Origin: Eledone cirrhosa
Taxonomy: Eukaryota
DNA: 64,000 bases
Direction: 5' to 3'
NCBI GenBank assembly: GCA_964016885.1
Contig: OZ024741.1
Location: 52,142,001-52,206,000, forward strand
Shown here piece by piece: positions 1 through 13,792 of this stretch. Each line of letters opens with the position of its first letter. The stretch's first letter is position 1. The notes beneath the pieces were generated by a model that made no database searches, was not told the DNA's origin, and saw only the letters and a list, made by a program, of their open reading frames with translations. A program made the position numbers and the translations under genes.

Positions 1-133
1 CACAGACGTAGAGGCAGTGACTTTCTCAATGGCTAGGAATCCAGTCCACGCTTCGCTATTTCCTTTCCACTGAATTATTTTTTTAATAAGTTTCCAGAGT
101 CCTCGCTATGCCTGGAGACTTATACGGAAAAAG

Positions 134-216
134 ACTTTCCTGATGACGGAATACTTTTCAATATGTTTCTTCGGAAAATATATTTACTCCATTCCAGAAA
201 CTAATTAGTTGGAAGT
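134..216 (+). ncRNA. Type I hammerhead ribozyme motif, extended stem II
   Basis: actttc-CTGATGA-c-ggaat...attcc-a-GAAA-ctaattag-TT-ggaagt. Stem I is 6 bp (one G.U), stem III is palindromic, and stem II is capped by a c(TTCG)g hairpin. Confidence 0.7.
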
Positions 217-382
217 GATTTTTTAGTAAGTAAGTTAATTTTATAATTTTCTTATTTTACGTCTCTCATATTATTGTTCTGCAACCCCATGCATTGAACC
301 ACAATGTTAATAAGACAAAACCTATATATTTGCTAGCATTGATATGCATCTGTGTGTATATAAATGTTACTAGATATAAATT

Positions 383-451
<69 letters not shown>

Positions 452-490
452 ATATTAATAAATGGAAAGTATATTTATAAAACCATAATT

Positions 491-554
491 ATTTTATTAT
501 ATATATTTCAAGGGCGACCAAGGTAAATTATGGTGCGCTTTCATCAGATAAAAT
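491..554 (-). ncRNA. Minimal hammerhead ribozyme motif (inverted copy)
   Basis: Reverse complement of 691-754 with one substitution in stem II. Confidence 0.75.
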
Positions 555-690
555 ACAGATTTGTTTTATAAATAAATATTGACATACCCGGAAAAAAGAC
601 AACCTCAAAGGTTGAAATTCGCTGGATAGTGGAGACACTTGAGGGTGATACAAATTTGTAAATATTTATTTATTTATAAAACAAATCTGT

Positions 691-754
691 ATTTTATCTG
701 ATGAAAGCGCACCATAATTTACCTTGGTCACCCTTGAAATATATATAATAAAAT
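691..754 (+). ncRNA. Minimal hammerhead ribozyme motif
   Basis: attttat-CTGATGA-aag...ctt-GAAA-tatata-TA-ataaaat, with a perfect 7-bp stem I. Confidence 0.75.
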
Positions 755-885
755 AATTATGGTTTTATAAATATAGTTTCCTTTTATTAATATATTGTAT
801 ATTTACTCCACTAACTTGTTGAGTGCTTTATATTAGTTATAAAAAGTTTAAGCTTGTTGAATCCCAACAAATTAAATATAACCTC

Positions 886-954
<69 letters not shown>

Positions 955-1100
955 ATACTTTGGGAGGGTCATGTTGCCGATAAGAAACACACGCACCAGT
1001 TGCTTTCACTTCAATTTATTATAATAGATTTATAAATTTAGGAATTTATAAATTTCTGGTTGGTTGGTTGGTTCCACAACCAGATAGTTGTTTATATATT

Positions 1101-1143
1101 GTCAAAGTTCTTTCGTCACACATTCTGTGACCTCTTCAGTGAC
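1101..1143 (-). ncRNA. Minimal hammerhead ribozyme in inverted pLTR
   Basis: Exact reverse complement of 5337-5379. Confidence 0.7.
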
Positions 1144-1548
1144 TGGGGATTCTTTTCTTTGTTTTTGTGCCTCTCCTTTGTTCTGTCCTACGCCATTTTG
1201 TTTCTGTGTGTGTGTTGTGTGCTCAGTCTGCGCATGCGCCACATCCGGGTGTCTGTGTGTGTTTATATTCGTTTATTTATTTGTTTATTTACATGTTACA
1301 GGTTGGTTGTTTGTTCTATGTGCGTGTGTGTTTTCATTTTGTCCTTAATTGTAGGTTGTGATGTTGCTGTTCCACTCATATTTTCTATTTAATTTTGGTT
1401 GTAATTCTTTTATGTTTATTGCCTCTGTGATTTGTCTAAACATTGCGTCTTTTCTGTGTGTAGATACTATTTTTATTTCTATGTTCTCTAATTTACCCTT
1501 GTGTTCTATTTTAGCATGTTGGTAGAGTACAGATGATTCTTTACTATC

Positions 1549-2960
1549 TTAGCCAGGCTAACAAGATACTGAAAACCACCATGTTCTGTTGTCTACGAAA
1601 AACAATAACATCTCGACAACTACACTTCATAAAAGAATGTGCCTCGTCCCGAGTTTACACCAACACCATCAACACCGATGTAAGAAGATTACAACTCACC
1701 AAAAAGCAAGCAGATAGGCTAAAACGAACACTAATTCTAAACATAAAAAAGAAGATCTATAGAGAATTAAGTCATCAAGAAAAGCATAAGCGTAACCTAA
1801 TACGAGAACTAACTAAGATCACCACACCAAGAGAAAAACTAATATTTATAAGCCTTATACGTCCTGAAGAACAGTACATTACTCAAGAATGTGATAAGCA
1901 CTTTAACAAGAAACTAAAGTGGCTTAAGCAGATAAAACTAAATCAGGATACTGTAGAGAATACCAATAGATATCCCGACAAAATTGACGGTATAAATATG
2001 GCCGACATCTCATTAACAGATGAGTTCAACAACAACAACAACACAAATATACTGCAGTAGATCCTGATGAATTATCTGTATTACAACTAGCGCCGAAATA
2101 TGCGACATTCAAGAAGGTAAATATGATTAGTTGTTTGTCAGAAATAGAAAAAATCATTTACAAAATTACGTTGGAGCCTCAAAAACAAAAACAAAAACAA
2201 AAGTAACAACATACGCACACACATATACAACACACATCCCAACAACAACAGACACACAGACACAAACAAAAATAACAACAACACACACATCAACAATAAT
2301 AACATACTCAGAAACAACAACAGACACGCAGACACAAACAACAATAACAACACACACAACCCTAATAACACACACGGAGACAACAACAACACCACACATC
2401 AACAACAGCACACATCAACAACAACAACAACACACACACATTCAATGCCTCTCACCACCACCACAATCTTAACAAACACACAGACACAGAAAACAAGTAA
2501 TGACAGTAGCACAGAAATAAAGGAAGGTAATAGGATTAAAAGGAGAGGGGAGACTATGGACAAAGAAAATAACCAAGACGAACACACAGACACACAAAAT
2601 AGAGTAGATAATAACAATGAGCCAGTGGAAAGAGACAGGAGTAATAATGAGAGACATAGAAACAACCATGAGGCTGTTGGTGGAAATAGAAATAGAAACA
2701 ACACAACTAACAATAACAATAGCACTAGTACACATAAAGCAGCAGTCTGGAACTCTACTTTTTATAATCCCTCCGATAAGTCGTTCGACCTGCGACGAGT
2801 CCACGCCACGACTTTACCATTTAACAAACGCACGCAATTGCCGTCGCAGGTCGATGAACAAACAAACAGAAGCACAATTTAGTATAGCTAGATCCGAATT
2901 TAGAAATATTATAGAACATATAGCAAAAAGCATAATAGAATGGAGACCCAGCAACTGGGA
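1549..2960 (+). pseudogene. Frameshifted N-terminal part of the PLE ORF
   Basis: Segments DELSVLQLAPKYA...EIEKSFTKLRW and FDLRRVHATTLPFNKRTQLP lie upstream of the RT ORF, broken by frame changes and a Thr/Asn low-complexity stretch. Confidence 0.7.
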
Positions 2961-5135
2961 GAAAAATCTGCAAATGGCTTGCGTAAGCTCATGCAGCGCT
3001 CGCGTAATGGAGAGATAGCATGCTTTCCAACAGACAAGGCTGGCAGAATGTCGGTTGACAGCCTGCCAAACTACATCCAGGCAATGCAACCCCACATCAC
3101 TAACACAAGAGAAGTAACACCACAGGAGCATGAGGATAGAGAAAAAGCCCTCAATGCCCATATGGTGATGTGGACGAATATAATGCAGCCCAACAAAAGG
3201 ACTGCCAACAACTTCCAGGCCTGGAACAATGACGTGCCGGCGTTGTATGGGCTTCGAAAAGACCATAAAACGGGCAGTGACCCTGTCAGGGGACCACCAA
3301 CACGGCCAGTCTGTGGAGCTAACATTGCTAGTAACTACAGACTGTCCTACTTCCTCTCCCTGATCATACGCCCCATCATTGAAATGTCCCCAGATGTATG
3401 TGACAGCACGGAGGACCTCCTCAGCAGAATCGGCGAGAGTAACCGATCTAGGGACCTAACAAACTGCATAATAGGTAGTATGGATGGTGTGTCCCTGTAT
3501 CCATCTATTGACGTGGATTTTACTGTGGAGAAATGCGTAGAAATGATTAGTGAGAGCAATGTTGAGTTCCGTGGGATTGACACCAGTGAGCTGGGACTCC
3601 TACTTAAACTTACCTATAGTAATAATTATCTAGACACATATGACCTTAGCAACCTGTGCCCTACAAGACCGGGAAGAGGCAGACCACCTACCATTACCTC
3701 AATGGCCAAGAAAACCCACACAGATAGATGGAACGGGTGGACCAGAGCCATACGGACACCCGAAAACCATGATGAACTGAAGAAAATGATTGCACATGCG
3801 GTGGGGGCCAGCATAAAATTAACCCTTAAGGAACATATGTTCAAATTTAATGGAAAAACATATGCCCAAGAGGAAGGAGCAGCCATTGGTGTTAGCATTG
3901 CAGGCGACATAGCTAACTTATTCATGGTATGGTGGGACAGTAGACTTAAACTTAAACTTAAAGAACAATTAGAAGACCCATTAACCCTGATAATGTACTC
4001 CCGCTACGTTGATGATATAAACATCGTAGTTAAAACACCCCCACTAGAGAACAGTCAGGAATTAGAGAAAAGCACAACGGAAAGCATCCAGCAAATAGCT
4101 AACTCCATCCACCAGAGTATTAGAGTTACTATAAACTACCCAAGTAAACACCCCAACCATCGATTACCTGTACTAGACACAGAGCTCTGGTTAGATACCA
4201 TTAATAACAAAATACAAATCCTCCATTCCCATTATGCCAAACCCATTACTTCCAAATATCTGATCCACCGAAACTCAGCTGTTTCGGACCATACCAAAAT
4301 CAACATACTGATTGCGGATTTGGTATGGGTGATGAGAAACGTATCCCGCATGTGCAACCCCGAAGAACTAGAGAGACACATACAACACTTCATCCACCGT
4401 ATGCAGTTCTCTGGTTACAATCAGAGAGATAAAATCAGAGTGTATAGAGGAGCCAGAACCAAATGGGAAAAAATAGTAAATAATGACACAAATGGGACCT
4501 GCCCCTTGTATAGGAGCAAATTTTGGAATAGAATAGAAAGAACTAGGAATAAGGCTAATAGAATAAACTCATGGTATGATAGCAACAAATACCAGAGTGT
4601 AATGTTCATCGATACAACCCCTAGAGGTGAATTAGCTTACAAATTTAGAAGGGCCCTAGATAGACATAAACTCAATATTAAGATAGTAAAAAGACCAGGT
4701 ACCTCCGTAAAAACACTTATTAGCAAGACATACCCTTTTCAAAGACCCTCCTGTATAGATAAGAAATGTATAACCTGTAAATTAAGCCCCCATATTAACT
4801 GTAAAACTAGAAATATAGTATATAGCATAAGATGTACTGAAGGACAATGTAGAGACAAAAATATAGTGTACACAGGTGAGACAGCTCGTAGTGTAGGGGA
4901 ACGGATAAATGAACACTGGCGAGACCTTCAGGATAGTAAAGAATCATCTGTACTCTACCAACATGCTAAAATAGAACACAAGGGTAAATTAGAGAACATA
5001 GAAATAAAAATAGAATCTACACACAGAAAAGACGCAATGTTTAGACAAATCACAGAGGCAATAAACATAAAAGAATTACAACCAAAATTAAATAGAAAAT
5101 ATGAGTGGAACAGCAACATCACAACCTACAATTAA
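2940..5135 (+). CDS. Penelope-like reverse transcriptase with GIY-YIG endonuclease (open 3' part of a disrupted ORF)
   Basis: TDKAG, SMDGVSLYPSID, GAAIG...IANLFM and YSRYVDDI motifs; Cys linker CIDKKCITC; NIVYSIRC...YTGETARS...RINEH. Confidence 0.92.
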   Translation: METQQLGEKSANGLRKLMQRSRNGEIACFPTDKAGRMSVDSLPNYIQAMQPHITNTREVTPQEHEDREKALNAHMVMWTNIMQPNKRTANNFQAWNNDVPALYGLRKDHKTGSDPVRGPPTRPVCGANIASNYRLSYFLSLIIRPIIEMSPDVCDSTEDLLSRIGESNRSRDLTNCIIGSMDGVSLYPSIDVDFTVEKCVEMISESNVEFRGIDTSELGLLLKLTYSNNYLDTYDLSNLCPTRPGRGRPPTITSMAKKTHTDRWNGWTRAIRTPENHDELKKMIAHAVGASIKLTLKEHMFKFNGKTYAQEEGAAIGVSIAGDIANLFMVWWDSRLKLKLKEQLEDPLTLIMYSRYVDDINIVVKTPPLENSQELEKSTTESIQQIANSIHQSIRVTINYPSKHPNHRLPVLDTELWLDTINNKIQILHSHYAKPITSKYLIHRNSAVSDHTKINILIADLVWVMRNVSRMCNPEELERHIQHFIHRMQFSGYNQRDKIRVYRGARTKWEKIVNNDTNGTCPLYRSKFWNRIERTRNKANRINSWYDSNKYQSVMFIDTTPRGELAYKFRRALDRHKLNIKIVKRPGTSVKTLISKTYPFQRPSCIDKKCITCKLSPHINCKTRNIVYSIRCTEGQCRDKNIVYTGETARSVGERINEHWRDLQDSKESSVLYQHAKIEHKGKLENIEIKIESTHRKDAMFRQITEAINIKELQPKLNRKYEWNSNITTYN

Positions 5136-5336
5136 GGACAAAATGAAAACACACACGCACATAGAACAAACAACCAACCTGTAACATGTAAATAAACAAA
5201 TAAATAAACGAATATAAACACACACAGACACCCGGATGTGGCGCATGCGCAGACTGAGCACACAACACACACACAGAAACAAAATGGCGTAGGACAGAAC
5301 AAAGGAGAGGCACAAAAACAAAGAAAAGAATCCCCA

Positions 5337-5379
5337 GTCACTGAAGAGGTCACAGAATGTGTGACGAAAGAACTTTGAC
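5337..5379 (+). ncRNA. Minimal hammerhead ribozyme in PLE 3' pLTR
   Basis: gtca-CTGAAGA-g-gtcaca(gaatg)tgtgac-GAAA-gaac-TT-tgac. Confidence 0.72.
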
Positions 5380-5587
5380 AATATATAAACAACTATCTGG
5401 TTGTGGAACCAACCAACCAACCGGAAATTTATAAATTCCTAAATTTATAAATCGATTATAATAAATTGAAGTGAAAGCAACTGGTGCGTGTGTTTCTTAT
5501 TGGCAACATGACCCTCCCAAAGTATAACAATATCGGTTTCAACACACGTTTTCAGAAAAAGAATCTTGCTAAACAAATTCAGAAACG

Positions 5588-6590
<1,003 letters not shown>

Positions 6591-7046
6591 ACAAGATATC
6601 TTCTGGAAATAATAAAAAAAATTTAATTTTTATTTTTTTACCATTTCCACCGTAAGGAAGGAAAGCTTAGGAAAACATTAAAACAGAAAAATGGTAGAAA
6701 TTTTGAAGGAGTCTTTTTGTCTATTAGAAGAATGGATTTAAGTGGGGTTAGCAATATCACAATTGGATAGAACTTTTACAGAACAGCAGTAACAAGAACA
6801 ACGACAGCAGAAGGCTTGGCATTCAAAAGGAAACAAAAATTTAGAAGAAGAAAAAAAATGCATATATTTATAAAAGCAACAACATCAACAACGGCGACAA
6901 AAAAATGTGGAAAGACAAATTACAACATTATACAAAAACAATTAAAAGTTAAGAAGAAAATAACCAAAACAATATAGAACAGAGCAGCAACAATATTTTT
7001 ATAAAAACTAGGAACGAAATATGAAAGGTTATCTATATACATATCA

Positions 7047-7395
7047 TAATTGTTTCTACTTTAGGCACAAGGCCAGCAATTACCCAGTGCATTACTGGTA
7101 CTTTATTTTATCGACCCCGACCCCGTAAGGATGAAATGCAAAGTCAACCTCGGTAGGATTTGAACTCAGATCATAAAGGGACGTAACTATGCTGGAAAGC
7201 ATTATATCATAATTGTTTCTACTTTAGGCACAAGGCCAGCAATAACCCAGTTCATTACTGGTACTTTATTTTATCGACCCCGTAAGGATGAAAGGCAAAG
7301 TTAACCTTGGCGGGATTTGAACTCAAACCGTAAAGGGACGTAACTATGCTGGAAAGCATGGCGTCCGACCCTCTACCGATACTGCCAATCCACCA
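7047..7395 (-). mobile_element. Two tandem copies of tRNA-derived SINE family A
   Basis: Reverse complement of the copy at 7487; shared core ctttgcctttcatccttacggggtcgataaaataaagtaccag. Confidence 0.85.
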
Positions 7396-7486
7396 AAGCA
7401 TTATATCATAAGCATTATATCATAATGATGTAATATTAGTAACAACAACTACCACGATATTAATAACAAGAAGAAAAACAATAGTA

Positions 7487-7869
7487 GGTGTGGATTGGCA
7501 GTATCAGTAGAGCGTCAGACACCTTGCTTTGCAGCATAGAGTTATGGCCCTTTACGGTCTGAGTTCAAACCCCGCCGAGGTTAACTTTGCCTTTCATCCT
7601 TACGGGGTCGATAAAATAAAGCACCAGTAACGTACTGGGGTCGATTTAATCGACCCCCCCACAATTACTGGCCTTGTGTCTATACTAGAGATCAGTATTA
7701 GTAGAGCGCCAGACACCATGCTTTGCAGCATAGATTTATGGCCCTTTACAGTCTGGGTTCAAATCCAACCAAGGTTAAATTTGCCTTTCATCCTTACGGG
7801 GTCGATAATATAAAATACCAGTAATTCACTAGGATAATTGGTGGCCTTGTACCAAAAGTAGAAACAATC
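7487..7869 (+). mobile_element. Two tandem copies of tRNA-derived SINE family A
   Basis: Box A-like tggcagtatcagtagagcg, box B gagttcaaacc and the conserved central core. Confidence 0.85.
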
Positions 7870-7899
7870 TTTGATGTTTGAACGTTTAAGGCGTACAAT

Positions 7900-8973
7900 T
7901 CTGGTGGAATTAAGTTGTTTAAATTGGTATTTTCTTAAAATGTTTTGTTGATAAGGGCACATAAGGCATTGGTTTTTGTTCCCAAGATAGGATACCCCAC
8001 AATATTTGTGCCTTTGGCCCATATATTCGAACTTTATTTAATTCGAAAAAAATATTTTTTCGAAATAAAAAACCCCGAAAAACATGGTCGGAGCACGCCC
8101 TCAACGTTAAGCCAGCTGAATTTGGAAATCCTTTTCCAAATCAAACCGGAACAGCTAAAATACATCCCAGATCACGTTCACCTATAAGATGGGACTGTGA
8201 TACAAGTGGTCACTAAGGGCAAAAGGCCGCACTGTTTCGTGCCCTGGAGTCATCTTGGAAGCTGGTCGTTTGCTGAACGACCTCAGGTCACTAGATAAGG
8301 ATGTCACTGCCTTCAGCTAGACCAGGATTTCGGAAACATGCGCACTAGTTCCCATTTTCGACGACTATCATATCTTCGCATCTCTTAATGGTCGGGAATG
8401 AGAGGTGGGTTGGCAGTGCTGTTTAGGTAAGGTCTGGGCCTCAAGGTAAGGACGATCTTCTTGGACCCGGGCGGTAAGTTGGTGGTCCTGGACGTGAGCA
8501 ATAGGTAAGGTAGTGACTTTAGACTGGTGGCCGGACGGTGGGATTTCATTAGGCGCCCGGATGGGCTTTCTAGGAACACCCCACCCTTTACCGTTAGCGG
8601 GGGACTGGAACGATATCTTAGACGCACGCTGTGATTGTGTGGGAGTGGCTTATAGGAGCGGGGCTGAAAAAGCCTCAAATATCTGGTGAGCCAGTTACAA
8701 CTGTCTAACAGGTACCGACTAGATTTTCCTAATGCGCCAGTGTGGACCTGGACTAACTGCATAGGGTCATCTAGATAAAGAGTTTTCTTTTATAAAGAGT
8801 TTTTTTTCTATAAAGAGTTTTTTTTTTATTAGGACAGTAGAAAAGGATATTATAGGTTGTCCACATTTCCAAACGGTCACCTATTCAGAGCACAAATTTA
8901 TGATCTGCATGATCGACCTAGATAGAACTCATAGGCTAGGACCTGTACTGTGTGTGGTGTTGTTTTACATTTT

Positions 8974-9058
<85 letters not shown>

Positions 9059-10027
9059 TTGTGTGTATGTATGTTATTCCCAGCAAGCAAAGGTTACAGG
9101 GACCGGATCACCAGTTTAGTTAAGTGTAAGTTGACAGTGGATGGATTCGTCAACAACAGGTGGGTGGGTGGTACTTTCATGAGAGAGATTAGGGTAATTA
9201 GTGTCAATAGGTTTTAGTAAAGAAGTGGCATTAGAAAAAACTAGAAAGGTGGGGGAGTTAGTAGCTAAACTAGACGTGGCGATAAGAAATGTTATTGCAA
9301 CTGACGTGCTAGCGGCGAGAATGGCATTAGACCATTTCTTCAATGCGAAACACGAAGGTTGCATTGTCAAAACTAAGGCGTGTGCTTTAAGAAACGAGGG
9401 AACGAAAGCTGTTCGATGGCCCAGTGTGAGGGAGGCGCAGCGTGGTAACAAAACCACGACTTGGTCTTTGACAGACCGAGACGGACGCGTGCTGAACGAT
9501 TCCAGGCAGATATGTGCGGCCTTTCACCACCCCTTTGCTCGACTGTTCGTGGGGACGAGGGGTCGGAGATGGTGGTGGTCTTCAGTTCCCACATCGAAGG
9601 TCCCCCGCAACCCTCCTCGGCCGATGATGAGTACCGCGAAAGGCCGATAACATCAGCCGAGATTCGGGATGTTCTGGTCGGTTGCACGAGGCTCAAGTCA
9701 CCCGGTTTGAATTGTTTGCCCTACGAGTTTTACGTAGAAATGTCAGGCTTGTTCTCCGATCTTCTCAAAGCGATCGACTGCAACTGGCAGCAGAATGGGT
9801 GTAGTAACGTTGATGAAGAAAGACGAAAATAAGACCGATACGTTTGGCAATTTCAGGTCCATAACTCTGTTAAACACAGAGTTTAAGATTTTGGACACGG
9901 TGTTAGCGATGAGGTTGACGCTTGTTGTCGAGGGTTTGGTAGGGGAGGCGACAACCTCCACCTCAAGCGATCATAGAGAGGGTAAGGTGTAAACTTGGTT
10001 TCGGTGGGCGCTATGTTCAATTTAGAT
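7900..10027 (+). pseudogene. Decayed L1/Tx1 LINE (ORF1 remnant, APE, RT N-half), interrupted by a hAT element
   Basis: Colinear with 27290-30130, e.g. FFNAKHEGCIVK, KSPGLNCLPYEFY and NFRSITLLNTEFKIL. Confidence 0.88.
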
Positions 10028-10482
10028 CACAGGTTCTCAATCCATTTCGGCCAAATCACGAAACTCCCCCAACTCTATATATTACTGATTTTGATATCAG
10101 TAAAAAAACTGGGCCAAATCAAGTTATGTTAGAATCTTAAAAAATATCTTTAAAAAATACTCGTACGAATTAAATACAAAAAAAGTTTCAGTCCAAAACA
10201 AAAGCAAACTATTTGAAATTATATATTTTTGAAATTATATATTTTTGAAAATTATACGCGAATGTTCTCAAAGACTTGATCTCAGTCGAAAACGCTTTTT
10301 TTTTAAAAATTCTATATTTCACTGTTAGCTGTTGCAATATTTTGATTGGATAAACAATTCTACAATTCAAACTGTAAAGTCAAAATACCAAAGATGCAAA
10401 ATATGAAGAATTTCTTACCTTTCTCTGGAATCACAAACTCAAGGGAAAAATAGTACCTTGCAAAATAAAATACCTCGATCAC

Positions 10483-10695
10483 AAACTTAGTTGCAACGAA
10501 TGAATTGAGATGCTTGGTGACAGTGAGCAAACAATATCTGTATCCCTTATATACATATATAGATAGATACGCACACACACATACACGCGCACGCACACGC
10601 ACACACACACGCACACACACATACACACGTGTGGGATACAGATATTGTTTGCTCACTGTCACCAAACATCTCAATTCATTCGTTGCAGCTAAGTT

Positions 10696-10697
<2 letters not shown>
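10483..10697. repeat. ~64-bp inverted repeat around a (CA)n spacer
   Basis: aaacttagttgcaacgaatg...tgtatccc versus gggataca...cgttgcagctaagttt. Confidence 0.85.
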
Positions 10698-10788
<91 letters not shown>

Positions 10789-12060
10789 ATAATAATAAAT
10801 TTGAAGACTAAAATCCAAAGAGGGCTCGATAAGGATAAATAAATATCAAATATATAAGAACCGTAGAGCAAATATTTATTAAAATAACAGATTAAAGTTT
10901 AAGCAAAGAATCATATATGGTAAAAGTGATTGGCTGTAACACCCCACTTGCCGACTTTGTAATGGGTAACCCCTGCTTACAAAGGTAGACGTAAGATTTT
11001 CTTATATATTTTTTATCGTTTCCTCTATATTTCCTTCTTCCCCCATCCCTTCCTAGTCCTTCCACCCCAGTTCTCCTTCTTTGTCGTCGTTCTTTTCACC
11101 TTCTCGCCCACCCCGAGGCAGCCCTTCTGTCCTCTGTAGCCTCAGTACCCCCGCCCCATCCCCTATTCTATGATAGAATTGGCCGACTCCGCTTTTTATA
11201 GCAGTTGTGATAGACCCCAGATACTTGCTTTCTTATCTGATTGCTGCCCCATTTCCGTGATTTCTAGATTTCTTAGTGGTATCTCTGCTTTAGTTTCTCG
11301 TATATCAGTTTTTTTTTTTGGGGGGGGGGGGGGGGGATTCTGAATTAATTTTTTACGTATTAAATTTTTCATATATATCGTACGAACATTTATGTAATTT
11401 GTATTAGAATTTATGTATTGTAGAAGTACTCTTATATATCGTATTAGTATTCATTTTCGGGATTCTGAATTAATATTTCGCATTCGCATTAGTTTCGGGA
11501 CTCTGAATTATTAATTATTTCGTATTAGTTTTTTTTAGTATTTTGGCCCCCTACTTGTTGACCTGTCATTGTAAGATAGATTTGGCCGATTACTATTAAC
11601 TCATAAAATTCTTTCACTACAATCTCGTATTTAGTATTCCGTCCCACCTAGTAAACTTTTCTATAGTTTAGCAGTACCAGTGAGAAATTTGATGATTGTG
11701 GTAGGGGAATAGTAACCAGAAATTGTGTTTTTTTTATATTTTTAACATTCTTATTATTCTTCTATATAGATTTACTTATTGTTTCGACTTCCTCCCCCTC
11801 CCCCTCCCTAGTATACTTCTCTTGACCTCTTATCCTTAGGATTCTGCTGTAGTCGGCACTTTCAACGCACGACTCGGTTTGCTCCACTCCCTCTCCCTCT
11901 TTCTTTTACTGGCAAGTTCAGCTACCCCTTCCTTCCACAAAATGCCATGATAGAATTATGCGTCTCAACAACAAACTTTTGACCAATCCTTGTGACAATC
12001 ACTTTTACCATATATGGAATTACCCCCAGAGAAGCTGGGCTATTCATGTACCAGGATAAA

Positions 12061-12210
12061 CATTTTCATTTAGTCCAGAATTAGCCGTCGAAACGGTTTG
12101 AGCTCAGCCGTCGGGGTCCTACTTGTTCCTATTACCCACTCTACTACCCTAAGTATTGAGTACTTTGGTGCGTTATGGTCCATCTGGTTCCTTACCACAT
12201 TTCCTTCGTT
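12061..12210. mobile_element. Dispersed repeat next to (TA)n, also at 13256-13463 and 43895-44082 as fold-backs
   Basis: Shared ccagaaatagccgtcgaaacggcttgagctctgccgtcgggg core. Confidence 0.7.
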
Positions 12211-12516
12211 ATATATATATATATATATATATGACTAGAGATTAATATGACCAAAGATTAATATGGTTCGTTGATTACTCAACGAATACAATATTACAAT
12301 AGATTAGAAGCACTCAACAGTTGATTTTCCTGGAGTTTTTAATATTATTCAAAATGAAAAATATTCTCATAATCAAAATATATATTTTATTATACATATT
12401 TCAAATCATATATTTTGTCTGATGAAAACGTACTTAAACACCATTGTACCTTTGAAATATGCAAAATAAAATATATATTTTGATTTTGAGAATATTTTTC
12501 ATTTATTAACATTTTG

Positions 12517-12554
<38 letters not shown>

Positions 12555-12556
<2 letters not shown>

Positions 12557-13160
12557 GGTTAAACTCACATGTAATAATTCTTTACACACATCTCACTGTG
12601 TAACACACTTCTCTCTGTGTAATATATTTGTATTTGAGCTCAGTTGAAAATTCTCTGTTCTTCTTTGAGCTAATATTATTATTACTGTGAACTGTGGAAT
12701 ACTCTAATTCCGATCCTCGTATAATTATCGAGCTCCAAATTGTTGAGCTAATAAATTCGAATGGCTGGCTGCTCTCTCTAGCATCTTCCCCAATTCATGA
12801 GAGCCGTTATTTGATGCAAATATCACGTGTTTTCGCCCTGCTCTGGGCAGCGTGTATATTTGCGTTCTCTCTTTCCATTAGACTAGATGTGTAGCTAACA
12901 ATTCCACACTTGCTGACTGAGGACCCTGTGGACTTTTACACTACACATTTCAGTGGCCAAACGAAATAGATTCGTATCAGCAAGCTTATAGTTATAAGGT
13001 TGGTATTTTAAAACTCTACTTCGGAGATTTGATTCTGACTTAGTGTTCTTGCTATTTAATTGCCAACCTGTAGGTGTTGTTTTCCATACAGTAACGGTTA
13101 AACTCACATGTAATAATTCTTTACACACATCTCACTGTGTAACACACTTCTCTCTGTGTA

Positions 13161-13166
<6 letters not shown>
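12555..13166 (+). mobile_element. 539-bp unit with ~73-bp terminal direct repeat and decayed HHR, in (TA)n
   Basis: 12555-12627 equals 13094-13166. HHR-like motif at 12909-12984. Confidence 0.7.
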
Positions 13167-13256
<90 letters not shown>

Positions 13257-13735
13257 TTAGGGGAGTAGAGTGGGTAATAGGAAAATGTTCAAGACCCCGA
13301 CGGCAGAGCTCAAGCCGTTTCGACGGCTATTTCTGGACTAAATTAGAATTTTTAGCGTCGTAATAAATGGGCTATTTATTACCAGGCTAAATATTCTAAT
13401 TTAATCCAGAAATAGCCGTCGAAACGGCTTGAGCTCTGCTGTCGGAGTCTTGGACATTTTCCTATATATGTATATATATATATATGGTATTAAATTAACA
13501 ATGAAAATAAAACAACAAAGTCAAGTTACTTTATCATTTTGTTGTTTTTATTTTCATTGTTAATTTAATACCTAATATATGACTTTGTATCTAAAGAATT
13601 AACCCATCGAAACACAGAAATTCTGTATGGATTTCACTGGGTTACATTGAGTTCTATCTACGGTACGGACCCTACCACCAGAGGTAGACCCTACCACCAG
13701 AAATAGAAAAAAAGATATATGTGTGTGTGTGTGTG

Positions 13736-13792
<57 letters not shown>

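Larger units (their letters stand above)
443..830 (+). mobile_element. Short fold-back Penelope-type pLTR element flanked by (TA)n
   Basis: Inverted arms ~443-580 and ~665-802, each carrying an HHR. Related, more decayed copies lie at ~12240-12520 and ~40120-40280. Confidence 0.7.

Noticed and set aside
1060-1392. Identical 110-aa ORFs at 1060(+) and 5088(-)
   Set aside because: Antisense reading of the duplicated pLTR; no protein features.
1533-2060. 175-aa ORF as an independent gene
   Set aside because: Its start lies in the inversion junction; the rest is the truncated PLE N-terminus.
2940-5135. Selenoprotein (Naiad-type) PLE
   Set aside because: No in-frame TGA in the ORF, and the element carries an HHR.
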